From the NCBI GenBank assembly GCA_934130005.1, contig CAKOXD010000001.1, positions 78,897 to 142,896 of the forward strand: a stretch of DNA of 64,000 nt, given 5' to 3'. Below the pieces are notes generated by a model. It worked only from the letters and a program-made list of their open reading frames with translations. It was not told the origin of the DNA and made no database searches. The stretch is from an uncultured Bacilli bacterium (GTDB lineage Bacteria > Bacillota_I > Bacilli_A > RF39 > UBA660). Both the position numbers and the translations under genes were made by a program. Below are positions 30,356-40,399 of the stretch, one piece after another. The first letter of the stretch is position 1, and each line of letters starts with the position of its first letter.

Positions 30356-32713
30356 TTATTCATTACTTTTTAAACTTGAAACCATATCTATTTTATTAAC
30401 TTTTTTAGAAAGTATATGAGATGAAATGACTGAAACTACTAATGTTCCTATAATAGCATATATATATGAGAATATTTTTATATATGCTTGCATATCATAA
30501 TTTTCTTCTAATGCCATTTTAAATATAAAATCTGTCATAAAATATCCAAATGGTAATCCTATTATAATTGCAACTATAGTTATCCAATTATTTTGTTTTA
30601 CATATATTTTCTTTATTTGTCTATCTTTAAATCCTAATACTTTCAATGTAGCAAATTGATATTGTTTTTCTGTAAATGATAATATACCTAAATTATATAT
30701 TATAACTGTTCCTAATATAGCCGCTATAGATATAAGTAAAATAATCATTGATTTCATTGTATTAAGCATATTATTCATACCATCTTTTATATTATCTTTA
30801 TTTTGAATAAGTTCTACTCCATCAATTTCTTTTACATGGGTTAAATCTTTATTTGTATATATTGTATCTGGTTTATATTCAATACCTATTTTTTCTAAAT
30901 ATTTTTTTGTCATTTTAATATTTTGATTTTGTGGATTTCTATCTAAACCTACTATTTTAGTTTCATAGTATTTTTTATCACCGTATATATGCCATTTAAT
31001 AGTATCTCCTACTTTTAGATTTTCATTTTTAGCCATTTTTTCTGTTATATAAATTCCATCATCTTTTAATTTAATATATTTACCATTTTTATCTGTAAAT
31101 CTTACATAATCATTTGCATCTGTTACAAATATTGTATTTGCTTCAATTTTATCTATTTTTGTTTCTATTCCAATTGTATATGAAGTATTATCTGAATATT
31201 CACTTATCAATTTATTATATTGATTTTCTGTTATATTTTCTTTCAAAGTTAATTTATATTTAAAATTATATAAATCTTCAAATTGCCAAGATATAAAATT
31301 ATTCATCGTATCTAAAAGACCAAATGCACATACAAGAATCATTGTACATCCACTTATTCCGGCAATTCCCATAAATGTACGAGCTTTATTTCTCAATATA
31401 TCTCTAAGATTCCATTTGCTTTCAAGCTTCATTTTTTTAAATATTCCTTTTGATGTAATAGATAAACTTTTGTTTTTCACATTAGGCATTTTTGCTCTTA
31501 AAGTTTCTGCTGGTTTCTCTTTTAATACTGATTTTGTTGTAAAATAAGTTACTAAAGAGATAATCATTACAACAATTATTGCAATTAAGAAACTACTTAA
31601 ATCTACTACTGCACGACCATTTGGAACTTCAAAATATTTCATTTCCATTCCAATAAAGAATTTTCCTATTAAAAGTGGTCCTGCTATTAAAGCTGCTATA
31701 GATGCTAGAAGTGATACATAAAATCCATAACCTATATAATGTTTAGCTATTTTTGATTTTCTAAATCCTAATGCTTTTAGTGTACCTATTTGAATTCTTT
31801 GTTTTTTTACTACTCTTGTCATAGTTGTTATTACAGATAGTATTGCTATAAATAGAAACAAACATGAAAATACTCCAACATAAGTTTCTCCTTCATCTAT
31901 TTCACCTTGATATGTTGAATATGAAGGTGTATCTTTTATATCAATAACTGCTAATGGATTAATTTCATTTTCTATTTTTTCTTTTATTTCATCTATATCT
32001 TCTTCATTATTTAAATCTACCATAAGATAATTATAAACAATATAATCTTTATAGTTATAATCAGGTAACATTTGATTTAATGTTTCTAAATCTATATTCA
32101 TTTCTGTTATTACATTTTTTGTTATTATCTCTTCTGGTATATATTTACTTGATATATATGAGAATCCATAATTTTCATGATTTGGAAATAATTCTGATTC
32201 ATCTTTTACATCATATACATGATCTGGAACATTTATAAGTCCTTTTATTTCTTTTTTAAAAGTATAACCATTATATTTTAATTCAATTTTATCGCCTACT
32301 TTTAATTTATTTTCTTTAGCATAAAAATTATCTAACCAAATTCCATCTACATCACTTTTAAATTCTTCACCATCTACTATATAAAATTTAGAAATTTGAT
32401 TACTTTCAATAAAATTTATTTGTAGTGTTTTTTCTTCACTTATATTAGCAAGTAAAGAAAGTTTTCTTTCAGCATTCTTAACACCATCTATTTTTTTTAC
32501 TTTTTCTAAATCATCTTGACTTATATTATTACTTAAAACATTTAAATCTTGTAAATTATTATTTTTATAAAATTTATTTGCAGTTATCTGCATTCCATCC
32601 ATATATGATCTAACACCGCTATAGACTAATACTCCTAAAAATACCATTAGAAAGATTGTTACAAATTGTGATTTGTTATTTTTTATATCACGAAATAGTT
32701 TTTTATTTAACAT
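30356..32713 (-). CDS. ABC transporter permease, FtsX-type, two FtsX modules with large extracytoplasmic domains
   Basis: 785 aa. An N-terminal transmembrane segment is followed by an extracellular domain and four transmembrane segments, and this unit is repeated. Typical of MacB/FtsX-like permeases. Confidence 0.8.
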   Translation of the reverse strand: MLNKKLFRDIKNNKSQFVTIFLMVFLGVLVYSGVRSYMDGMQITANKFYKNNNLQDLNVLSNNISQDDLEKVKKIDGVKNAERKLSLLANISEEKTLQINFIESNQISKFYIVDGEEFKSDVDGIWLDNFYAKENKLKVGDKIELKYNGYTFKKEIKGLINVPDHVYDVKDESELFPNHENYGFSYISSKYIPEEIITKNVITEMNIDLETLNQMLPDYNYKDYIVYNYLMVDLNNEEDIDEIKEKIENEINPLAVIDIKDTPSYSTYQGEIDEGETYVGVFSCLFLFIAILSVITTMTRVVKKQRIQIGTLKALGFRKSKIAKHYIGYGFYVSLLASIAALIAGPLLIGKFFIGMEMKYFEVPNGRAVVDLSSFLIAIIVVMIISLVTYFTTKSVLKEKPAETLRAKMPNVKNKSLSITSKGIFKKMKLESKWNLRDILRNKARTFMGIAGISGCTMILVCAFGLLDTMNNFISWQFEDLYNFKYKLTLKENITENQYNKLISEYSDNTSYTIGIETKIDKIEANTIFVTDANDYVRFTDKNGKYIKLKDDGIYITEKMAKNENLKVGDTIKWHIYGDKKYYETKIVGLDRNPQNQNIKMTKKYLEKIGIEYKPDTIYTNKDLTHVKEIDGVELIQNKDNIKDGMNNMLNTMKSMIILLISIAAILGTVIIYNLGILSFTEKQYQFATLKVLGFKDRQIKKIYVKQNNWITIVAIIIGLPFGYFMTDFIFKMALEENYDMQAYIKIFSYIYAIIGTLVVSVISSHILSKKVNKIDMVSSLKSNE

Positions 32714-32716
32714 ATA

Positions 32717-33427
32717 TTACCACACAACCTCGTCTATATCTTTAGGTTTTTTATTTAACTCATTACTTTCTACTTTTCCATTTTTTAGTCTTATTACTCT
32801 ATCTGCTACTTCTGCTATTAAAGCATTATGAGTAACTATAATTACTGTATTTTCTCCATTATTAGCATCACATTGTTTTTTTAATAATTTTAATACTTCT
32901 ACTCCAGTTTTTGAATCAAGAGCTCCTGTTGGTTCATCACATAGAAGTAATAATGGATCCTTTGCTATTGCTCTTGCTATAGAAACTCTTTGTTGTTCTC
33001 CACCAGATAATTGATTTGGAAATTTATTATAATGTTTTTCTAACCCAACTTCTTTTAATATTTTTTTTGCATTTTTTGGCTTTTTTACAATATCATTAAC
33101 AATTTGTACGTTTTCTAAAACTGTAAGTGTAGGTAATATATTATAAAATTGAAAAATAAAACCTATATTTTCAGCACGATATTCAGTTAATTCTTTATCA
33201 TTATAACTAGATATAATATCATCCATTACTTTTATTGTCCCACTAGTTGCTTTATCCATTCCGCCAAGTAAATTTAATAAAGTTGATTTTCCTGCTCCAC
33301 TAGGTCCTAATATTACAACAAATTCACCCTTATTTATTGTAAAATCTACTCCATCTAGAGCATTAAATTTCTTTTCTCCAATTGTATATGTCTTTTTTAC
33401 GTTTTTAAAACTAATTAATTCTTTCAT
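32717..33427 (-). CDS. ABC transporter ATP-binding protein (MacB/LolD-like)
   Basis: Walker [10 protein letters not shown], signature [14 protein letters not shown] and Walker B LLLCDEPT are present. Confidence 0.9.
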   Translation of the reverse strand: MKELISFKNVKKTYTIGEKKFNALDGVDFTINKGEFVVILGPSGAGKSTLLNLLGGMDKATSGTIKVMDDIISSYNDKELTEYRAENIGFIFQFYNILPTLTVLENVQIVNDIVKKPKNAKKILKEVGLEKHYNKFPNQLSGGEQQRVSIARAIAKDPLLLLCDEPTGALDSKTGVEVLKLLKKQCDANNGENTVIIVTHNALIAEVADRVIRLKNGKVESNELNKKPKDIDEVVW

Positions 33428-33572
33428 ACATTCTCCCTTCTTAATATGAATTATATTTCACATTTCATAATAATTATACCATTTATTTTAATTAAGTCAA
33501 TAAAAGTTGAAATATTTTTCACATTTACTTTTTTTAGTTTTTATAGTATAATTAATCTCAGGAAGTGGTTTT

Positions 33573-34172
33573 ATGACAAGAATACCTACACAAAAAAGAA
33601 GTATTGAAAAAAAGAACAAAATAATAGAAAAAGGTTTTTACCTAATGTGTAATAATGGTTATTTCAAAACAACTACATATGATATAGCTAAAGAAGCTAA
33701 CGTTTCTACTGGTATTATATATCAGTATTTCAATGATAAAAAGGATATTTTTATGGTTGGAATTAAGAATTATTCTGATAAAATTATGTTTCCTACTATT
33801 AATATTTTAAAAAAAGCTGATTTAAAAAATAAAAATATTGAAAACATGATTAGTAATATAATTGATTCATTTATAAAAACACATACTCTTTCTAAAAAAG
33901 AACATGAAGAAATTATGGCATTATCTCATTTAGATGATGATATAGAAAAAATATTTCTTGAAAAAGAAATAAATACTACAAATAGAATTGTTGAAGAGCT
34001 TAATAATAATGGTTTTATTCTTGAAAATGCCTATGAAAAAGTTCATATTATAATGGGTATTATTGAAAACTTTTGTCATGAAGTTGTATATCATAAACAT
34101 AGTTCAATAAATTATGAAAATATGAAAAAAGAAGTTATTAAAATTGTTGATAATATTTTAAAAGAAGATTAA
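33573..34172 (+). CDS. TetR/AcrR family transcriptional regulator
   Basis: The N-terminal HTH region TTYDIAKEANVSTGIIYQYF is typical of TetR_N. It is divergent from the ABC operon. Confidence 0.8.
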   Translation: MTRIPTQKRSIEKKNKIIEKGFYLMCNNGYFKTTTYDIAKEANVSTGIIYQYFNDKKDIFMVGIKNYSDKIMFPTINILKKADLKNKNIENMISNIIDSFIKTHTLSKKEHEEIMALSHLDDDIEKIFLEKEINTTNRIVEELNNNGFILENAYEKVHIIMGIIENFCHEVVYHKHSSINYENMKKEVIKIVDNILKED

Positions 34173-34225
34173 TAGTCTTTTTTTTTATAAAAAAAACTAA
34201 TTCATATGAATTAGTTAAATATCAA

Positions 34226-34302
34226 TGGTAGCGAGAAAGAGATTCGAACTCTTGACCTATCGGGTATGAACCGATTGCTCTAGCCAGCTGAGCTATCTCG
34301 CC
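34226..34302 (-). tRNA. Elongator tRNA-Met (anticodon CAU)
   Basis: GGCGAGATAGCTCAGCTGGCTAGAGC...anticodon loop TTCATAC...GGTTCGAATC...TCGCTACCA. Very similar to Bacillus elongator tRNA-Met. Confidence 0.85.
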
Positions 34303-34366
34303 ATTTAAAGAACAAATTAATTATAACAAATTTGTTCTAATTTGACAATACTATTTTAATATTTTT

Positions 34367-34747
34367 TTACTTTAATCTATTATCTAATATTTTTCTTAAA
34401 TGTTCTACTTTATCAAATTCCATGTTATGTGTTACTTTTATTATATTTTTATACATTAAATAAAATCTAATCATAACTACTATAAATGTCAATAGTATTA
34501 CAAAAGTCCCTAATAAATATAAATCTAATATAAGAAAATATATACCTACTCCAAATCCTATCATTGCACCTACAAGTAAAAATAATGATATCATTTTATT
34601 TCTCATTTCAGTTTCTAATAAAGTTACTTTTGCTTTTAAATATTTTACTTGTTCATCTTTATCAAGTTCTTTCATTATATTATTATATATAATTTCACTT
34701 TTACTATTCTCATTTCCATTAATTGCTATATCTATTTTTTCATTCAT
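34367..34747 (-). CDS. Hypothetical small membrane protein
   Basis: 126 aa with two predicted transmembrane helices. Confidence 0.4.
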   Translation of the reverse strand: MNEKIDIAINGNENSKSEIIYNNIMKELDKDEQVKYLKAKVTLLETEMRNKMISLFLLVGAMIGFGVGIYFLILDLYLLGTFVILLTFIVVMIRFYLMYKNIIKVTHNMEFDKVEHLRKILDNRLK

Positions 34748-34779
34748 ACCTAATCCCCCACAACATAATTATATCATAA

Positions 34780-35292
34780 CTATTTAATTTTACCAAACTT
34801 GTTTAAAGGAAAAATTGCTACTTTTACTTTTCCTTCTATTTGATCTTTACTTATAAAACCTATAATTCTACTATCTGTTGAATTATTTCTATTATCACCT
34901 AATACCAAATAATAATTATCTGGTATTTTTATAGTTTCTCCTTCATCAAATAAAACAGATATATCGAAATCATTAGTTTTACTATTTTTTTTGAAGTTTT
35001 CTTTTACCTCTTTATTATTTACATATAACTTATTATCTACATATTTTATATGTTCGCCTGGAAGTCCTATTATTCTTTTAATTAGTTTCTCATTTTGATA
35101 TTTTAAAACAACAATGTCAAATCGTTTATAGTTTTTATCATATTTTTTTAACATTAATATTTCATTATCATTAAGTGTTGGATACATTGATAATCCATCT
35201 ACTTGAACAGGTGTAATTATAAAAGTTCTTATTATAATTACTACAAAAATTATTACAATATAAGGAATTATTTCTTTAATTATTTTTTTCAT
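34780..35292 (-). CDS. lepB: Signal peptidase I
   Basis: N-terminal transmembrane segment. The catalytic Ser motif GLSMYPTL and the box-E-like motif VLGDNRNNSTDSR are present. Confidence 0.85.
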   Translation of the reverse strand: MKKIIKEIIPYIVIIFVVIIIRTFIITPVQVDGLSMYPTLNDNEILMLKKYDKNYKRFDIVVLKYQNEKLIKRIIGLPGEHIKYVDNKLYVNNKEVKENFKKNSKTNDFDISVLFDEGETIKIPDNYYLVLGDNRNNSTDSRIIGFISKDQIEGKVKVAIFPLNKFGKIK

Positions 35293-35313
35293 TTTTATAA
35301 AAAAAGAAAGTGG

Positions 35314-35664
35314 TTAGGCCACTTTATCTCTTCTTTCTTTGATTTTTGGTTGACTAACTAAAGATCTAATATAACCAAGTTTAGCACGTCTAACTTTACC
35401 TTTTCTTACAACTTCTATTGAATCAATAAGTGGTGTATTCATTGGGAAAGTTCTTTCAACTCCAATACTTTGTGATTTTTTTCTTACTATAAAGTTTTTT
35501 GATATTCCAGATCCTTGAATAGACATTACAATTCCTTCAAAAGCTTGGATTCTTTCTTTATTTCCTTCTTTGATTTTGTAATTAACTCTTACAGTATCAC
35601 CAACACGGAATTCTGGTAAATCAGTTCTTATTTGACTTTTAGTTATTTGTTCAATTTTATTCAT
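35314..35664 (-). CDS. rplS: 50S ribosomal protein L19
   Basis: [27 protein letters not shown] matches the L19 N-terminus. The start is at the ATG at 35664 with a GAGAGGAAG ribosome-binding site. The ORF track extends to 35703. Confidence 0.9.
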   Translation of the reverse strand: MNKIEQITKSQIRTDLPEFRVGDTVRVNYKIKEGNKERIQAFEGIVMSIQGSGISKNFIVRKKSQSIGVERTFPMNTPLIDSIEVVRKGKVRRAKLGYIRSLVSQPKIKERRDKVA

Positions 35665-35766
35665 AATACGCTTCCTCTCTATTTTTGTTTTTATATTGAT
35701 CATAAGTTAACATTCCTAGCGGATCAACTACTTAATTTTAACATATTTTTTTTTAAAAATCAACTA

Positions 35767-36225
35767 TTATCTTGATTTTCCTTTTTCTTCTACTTCATAT
35801 ATTTCTTCTTGTTTGTAAATTAATTTAGATTTTATTTCATTTTCTAATATACTTATTTTTTTTAACAATAAATTTATATATTTTTGATCAAGATATTTTC
35901 TATATTTATATTCAACTATTGATTTATAACGAGCTAAATCATTAAGAGCAAGTTTTAAATCTGTTGAGCTTTCTCCTTCATCATTATCCATTAATGATAT
36001 TATATATTGTAAATAAAAATCTAATTTTCTTTTTACCTTTTTCTTTAACAATTTTTGTATAAATGAAGGTTTTACTATTATTAGAGAATTAACTTTAACA
36101 CCGTTATATTTTATATTATTTTTAGGTTTTACTTTAAAGCCATTTAATTTTGAATAATCAATGTATATTTTATCACCATTGTATTGTTCTTTTACTATTG
36201 TGTAAGTCTTTTCCATATTAATCAT
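35767..36225 (-). CDS. Hypothetical protein
   Basis: 152-aa ORF between trmD and rplS. It overlaps the trmD stop. Confidence 0.45.
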   Translation of the reverse strand: MINMEKTYTIVKEQYNGDKIYIDYSKLNGFKVKPKNNIKYNGVKVNSLIIVKPSFIQKLLKKKVKRKLDFYLQYIISLMDNDEGESSTDLKLALNDLARYKSIVEYKYRKYLDQKYINLLLKKISILENEIKSKLIYKQEEIYEVEEKGKSR

Positions 36226-36889
36226 CCTCTTTTAATAAATCTGGTCTTCTAATCTTTGTCCTTTTTATACTTTCATTTAAACGCCATTTATTTATATTTT
36301 CATGATGTCCAGATAGTAATACTTCTGGAACTTTTAAACCTCTAAATTCTTGTGGTCTAGTATATACAGGATAATCTAATAAATTGTTATTAAATGATTC
36401 ATTCTCATATGATTCTTTTTCTATAACTCCATCTATTAATCTTGTTATACTATCCGTTATTACCATAGCAGGTAACTCACCACCTGTAAGTATGTAATCT
36501 CCTATACTTATTTCCATATCAACAAAATTTCTTATTCTTTCATCATATCCCTCATAATGTCCACACACTAATATAATATGCTTTTTTAAGCTTAAATCAA
36601 ATGCTTTTTTTTCAGTATATTTTTCACCTTGTGGGCACATTAGTATTACTGTTGTATCTATTGTTTTATATTCTTCTATTGCTCTTACTACTGGTTCTGG
36701 CATAAGTACCATTCCTTTACCTCCACCATAACCATAATCATCAACTTTTTTATTTTTATCTAAGGTAAAATTTCTAATATCATGTACATTTATTTCAACT
36801 AATTTTCTTTCACGTGCTCTTTTAATAATTGATTCGTTTAAAAATCCTTCGAACATTGCTGGAAAAAGCGTAAGAATATCAATTTTCAT
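36218..36889 (-). CDS. trmD: tRNA (guanine37-N1)-methyltransferase
   Basis: MKIDILTLFPAMFEGFLNESIIKRA. A SPOUT-fold core with GGYEGYDERI is present. Confidence 0.9.
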   Translation of the reverse strand: MKIDILTLFPAMFEGFLNESIIKRARERKLVEINVHDIRNFTLDKNKKVDDYGYGGGKGMVLMPEPVVRAIEEYKTIDTTVILMCPQGEKYTEKKAFDLSLKKHIILVCGHYEGYDERIRNFVDMEISIGDYILTGGELPAMVITDSITRLIDGVIEKESYENESFNNNLLDYPVYTRPQEFRGLKVPEVLLSGHHENINKWRLNESIKRTKIRRPDLLKEDD

Positions 36890-37373
36890 CCAACAATCCC
36901 TCTATTTCTTTTATATATATTTTTTTATTATCTAATTCTATTTTATCTATAAACTCATTTATATATGGTATTAAATATTTTTTTTCATTATTTTTTACTA
37001 CTAATATATCATGTGCTTTACTTTTTATTATTTCTTTTAATTTACCTATTTTCTTATTATTTGAATATACATCTAATCCAATAATATCTTCATCTAATAT
37101 TCCATCAATTTTTAAATCTTCTCTTTTTATATAAACGTTAGAACCTTTATACTCTAAAACATCATTTATATCAATTATATTTTTAAATGTTACCATATCA
37201 TATATTTTATGTACACGATATGTATTTATTACTTCTTCTTTTTTTTCTTTTCCTATATAAACTTTAAAATCTTTTTTTAATACTTCTTTTTTATATTTAA
37301 AATCCGAGATGATTCTTACTTCTCCTTTTATGCCGTGAGTATTTACTATTTCACCTATACATATAAAATTCAT
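36879..37373 (-). CDS. rimM: 16S rRNA processing protein RimM
   Basis: IGEIVNTHGIKGEVRI N-terminal motif and a PRC-barrel C-terminus are present. Confidence 0.85.
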   Translation of the reverse strand: MNFICIGEIVNTHGIKGEVRIISDFKYKKEVLKKDFKVYIGKEKKEEVINTYRVHKIYDMVTFKNIIDINDVLEYKGSNVYIKREDLKIDGILDEDIIGLDVYSNNKKIGKLKEIIKSKAHDILVVKNNEKKYLIPYINEFIDKIELDNKKIYIKEIEGLLDEN

Positions 37374-37381
37374 AAAACCAC

Positions 37382-38110
37382 CTACTTATCTAATTCATAA
37401 AGTATTATACTAGTTGCAACCCCTACATTTAAACTTTCACACGCTTCATTCATATCTATATAAATGAATTGGTCACACAAGTTTTGAACATCTTCACTTA
37501 TTCCATTTCCTTCATTGCCCATTATTATAACAAATTTTTCAAATTTTGCAATACTTTTTAAACTATTTCCATGAGTTACTTTTGTACCGATTATTTGATA
37601 ATTGTTTTCTTTTAATTTTGGAATTGTCTCAAGTAAATTTTTTCTTATTATATTTATATGAAATAATAATCCTTGACTTGCCCTAATTACTTTTGAATTA
37701 TATAAATCAACTGTATCATCACTTAAAATTATAGTATCTATGTTAAATGCAACCGCACTTCTTATTATAGTTCCTAAATTACCGGGATCTTGAATTTCAT
37801 CAAGTGCCAATATTCTATTACCATAATTTTCTTGTTCTAATAGCTTATTACAAACTGCTAAAACAGGTTGTGGTGATTCAAGCTCACTTATATAATTAAT
37901 AACATCATTTGTTACATATATAGTTGGTACATCTAATGGGAAAATTTCATTTTGTTCCAAAATTAATTCTTTTATCATTCCCTTTTTATATGCCTCTAAT
38001 ACTAAATGTTCTCCTTCAACTATAAATAAATTTTCTTTATCTCTATATTTTTTTTGATTTAATTTTTTTATATTTTTTATTTTTTCATTTTTTATATTAC
38101 TATATAACAT
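37382..38110 (-). CDS. TrmH/SpoU-family RNA 2'-O-methyltransferase (RlmB-like)
   Basis: SpoU motifs LDEIQDPGNLGTIIRSA and MGNEGNGI are present. Confidence 0.8.
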   Translation of the reverse strand: MLYSNIKNEKIKNIKKLNQKKYRDKENLFIVEGEHLVLEAYKKGMIKELILEQNEIFPLDVPTIYVTNDVINYISELESPQPVLAVCNKLLEQENYGNRILALDEIQDPGNLGTIIRSAVAFNIDTIILSDDTVDLYNSKVIRASQGLLFHINIIRKNLLETIPKLKENNYQIIGTKVTHGNSLKSIAKFEKFVIIMGNEGNGISEDVQNLCDQFIYIDMNEACESLNVGVATSIILYELDK

Positions 38111-38185
38111 AAAATCACCTAATATTATTTTATCATTTTTAGAAAATTAAGTCTATAAAAAAAGATATAGTGTTTTTTCTATACC

Positions 38186-39049
38186 TTAACTTAATTTAAC
38201 ATATTTTTTATTAATCTTTATAACAGGTCTTATATAATGACTATCAGTTGTTACTGATGATGTAGCTAACGTATTATTATTTACATAATATGCTGAAGTA
38301 GTACCATATGTAGTACTTGTCCAATATTCACCATTTATCCATGTTTTATCTGCATCATTTACTATTGTTTTTATAACATTTTCGAATTCATCTTTTGTGA
38401 TTAACCTTTTTTCTGTTGCATAATTCCATGTATAATTTTCATTTAAAAATGTATCAATAGCATCTGGATTATCATTATTAGTACATGAAGTACACCAAGC
38501 TATTTTATTACTATTACTACTTGCTAATATACCAATTATGTAATTATCTCTTTCATCACTTTTTTCTATTACATAAAATTCACTAGTTTTTTTATCACCA
38601 ACAGTTACTAATACTTTATCTCCTATTTCATATTTTGTAAATTCTTGATCAATAACTTGATATTCTAATTTATTATTTTGTTTTTCTATTACAATTTCCA
38701 TTGTATCACTAAAAGCTTTCTTTGTTCTTACATTTTTTAAATCAGAATCTATATATCCACCATCTTGAAGATCTTTTAATGTAATAATTAATCTAGAATA
38801 GTTTTGACTACATTTGTCTATATCAGAATATAAGCACTCTACTTTTGTGTTACTAGAATTCGGAAGTATAGCTAAATTGTCAGAACCCCAGATTTTTGCT
38901 GCCGATTCAATATTTTTTATTTGATCATTATATAAATTTGTTTTATATTTTTTTAGCGATCCAGTTATTCCAGGAACTGTTACTAAAGCAATTAAAGCTA
39001 ATACAGTTAAAACAGCTAAAAGTTCTATCAATGTAAATCCTTTTTTCAT
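38186..39049 (-). CDS. Type IV pilin-like protein with a large C-terminal domain
   Basis: MKKG|FTLIELLAVLTVLALIALVTVP is a class III signal peptide with the N-terminal pilin helix. The start is the second ATG, with an AGGTGA ribosome-binding site. The ORF track begins 6 codons upstream. Confidence 0.75.
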   Translation of the reverse strand: MKKGFTLIELLAVLTVLALIALVTVPGITGSLKKYKTNLYNDQIKNIESAAKIWGSDNLAILPNSSNTKVECLYSDIDKCSQNYSRLIITLKDLQDGGYIDSDLKNVRTKKAFSDTMEIVIEKQNNKLEYQVIDQEFTKYEIGDKVLVTVGDKKTSEFYVIEKSDERDNYIIGILASSNSNKIAWCTSCTNNDNPDAIDTFLNENYTWNYATEKRLITKDEFENVIKTIVNDADKTWINGEYWTSTTYGTTSAYYVNNNTLATSSVTTDSHYIRPVIKINKKYVKLS

Positions 39050-39118
39050 ATTATCACCTATATACATAATATCAAAATAAATTTATATTTTCAAATATTT
39101 AAGTAAATATAATGTAAA

Positions 39119-40399
39119 TTATTCTTGTGGTTCTACATTTAAAATGGTTTTATTTTCAAAACTTATTTTATTAATAAATTTTGAAAAATCATCATAATTT
39201 AAATTTTTATAATGTTCATATACATTCATATCTATTTTATTATCTCTAATTATTGAATTCATAATAAATGAATTTAAACTATATATATTATCACTCATAT
39301 ATATACAAGAACTTAATAATATTTTTTTCTTTCTTAAAAATTCTTTTTCTTCTACTTTTTTATTTCTTATTTCTTTATCTATTTCTTTTAACAGTTCCTC
39401 ACTTCTATCAGTAGAAGCTTCTATAATTAAAACTAAATGTTTATCAGTTTTTAATGTACTATATAAAATATCTTTTGTAACAGTTTTATTTTCTTTTAAT
39501 TTTTCTAAAACTTTTGATGTTGAACCTATTTTAATATCAGCATATATACCAATATAATTTAATATTGTAATCTCATCCATATTTATGTCTTCTATATTTA
39601 TTTTATATGCTACTAATATTTTAGGAATTGTAACATTCATATAACATATATCATTTTTTTTAGAAACTGTATCTGGTTCTAAATATTCTTTTACTTTTAT
39701 TTCTTCAAGTGTTTTAAATTTTTTATTTTTTTGATTTTGTTTTACAACATCAATTATATTTTGGGGATCAACATTTCCAGTTACAACTACAAACATATTA
39801 GATGGATTATAAAAGGTATTATAACATGTATATAAATCTTCTTTTGTTATTTTTCTTATACTTTCAACAGTTCCACCAACTGGTATCTTAATAGGATGTT
39901 CAACAAACGTATTATAGATAATCTTTTCATTAGGATTACTATCAGGATCATCTTGATACATTTTTAACTCTTGTTCTATTATTCCTTTCTCTTTTTCTAC
40001 ATTTTCATATGTAAAATAAGGTTCTTGAACAAAGTCCAATAAATAATTTAAATTTTCATTTATTTTTTCCTGTGTTACAAACAAATATGTTGTTTTAAAA
40101 TTAGATGTATTTGCATTACAATCTGATCCAGTTTTACTAAAAAAATTGAAAGGATCTTCACCATCTTTTTGTTCAAATACTTTATGTTCTAAAAAATGAG
40201 CTATTCCATCAGGAAATTTCTTCATGTTTTTTTCTCCTATTGGAATAAATTCATTTTGAATAGATCCATAATTAGTTGAAAAAGTAACATAAACATTATT
40301 TACATCTTTTTTAGGTACTACAAACACTCTAAGCCCATTAGATAATACTTCTTCAAAAATATCAACATCCAAATTATAAAGTTGAATCTTCTTCATCAT
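39119..40399 (-). CDS. M16-family zinc peptidase (insulinase-like, active subunit)
   Basis: The inverted zinc motif HFLEH (HxxEH) lies near the N-terminus. Confidence 0.8.
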   Translation of the reverse strand: MMKKIQLYNLDVDIFEEVLSNGLRVFVVPKKDVNNVYVTFSTNYGSIQNEFIPIGEKNMKKFPDGIAHFLEHKVFEQKDGEDPFNFFSKTGSDCNANTSNFKTTYLFVTQEKINENLNYLLDFVQEPYFTYENVEKEKGIIEQELKMYQDDPDSNPNEKIIYNTFVEHPIKIPVGGTVESIRKITKEDLYTCYNTFYNPSNMFVVVTGNVDPQNIIDVVKQNQKNKKFKTLEEIKVKEYLEPDTVSKKNDICYMNVTIPKILVAYKINIEDINMDEITILNYIGIYADIKIGSTSKVLEKLKENKTVTKDILYSTLKTDKHLVLIIEASTDRSEELLKEIDKEIRNKKVEEKEFLRKKKILLSSCIYMSDNIYSLNSFIMNSIIRDNKIDMNVYEHYKNLNYDDFSKFINKISFENKTILNVEPQE

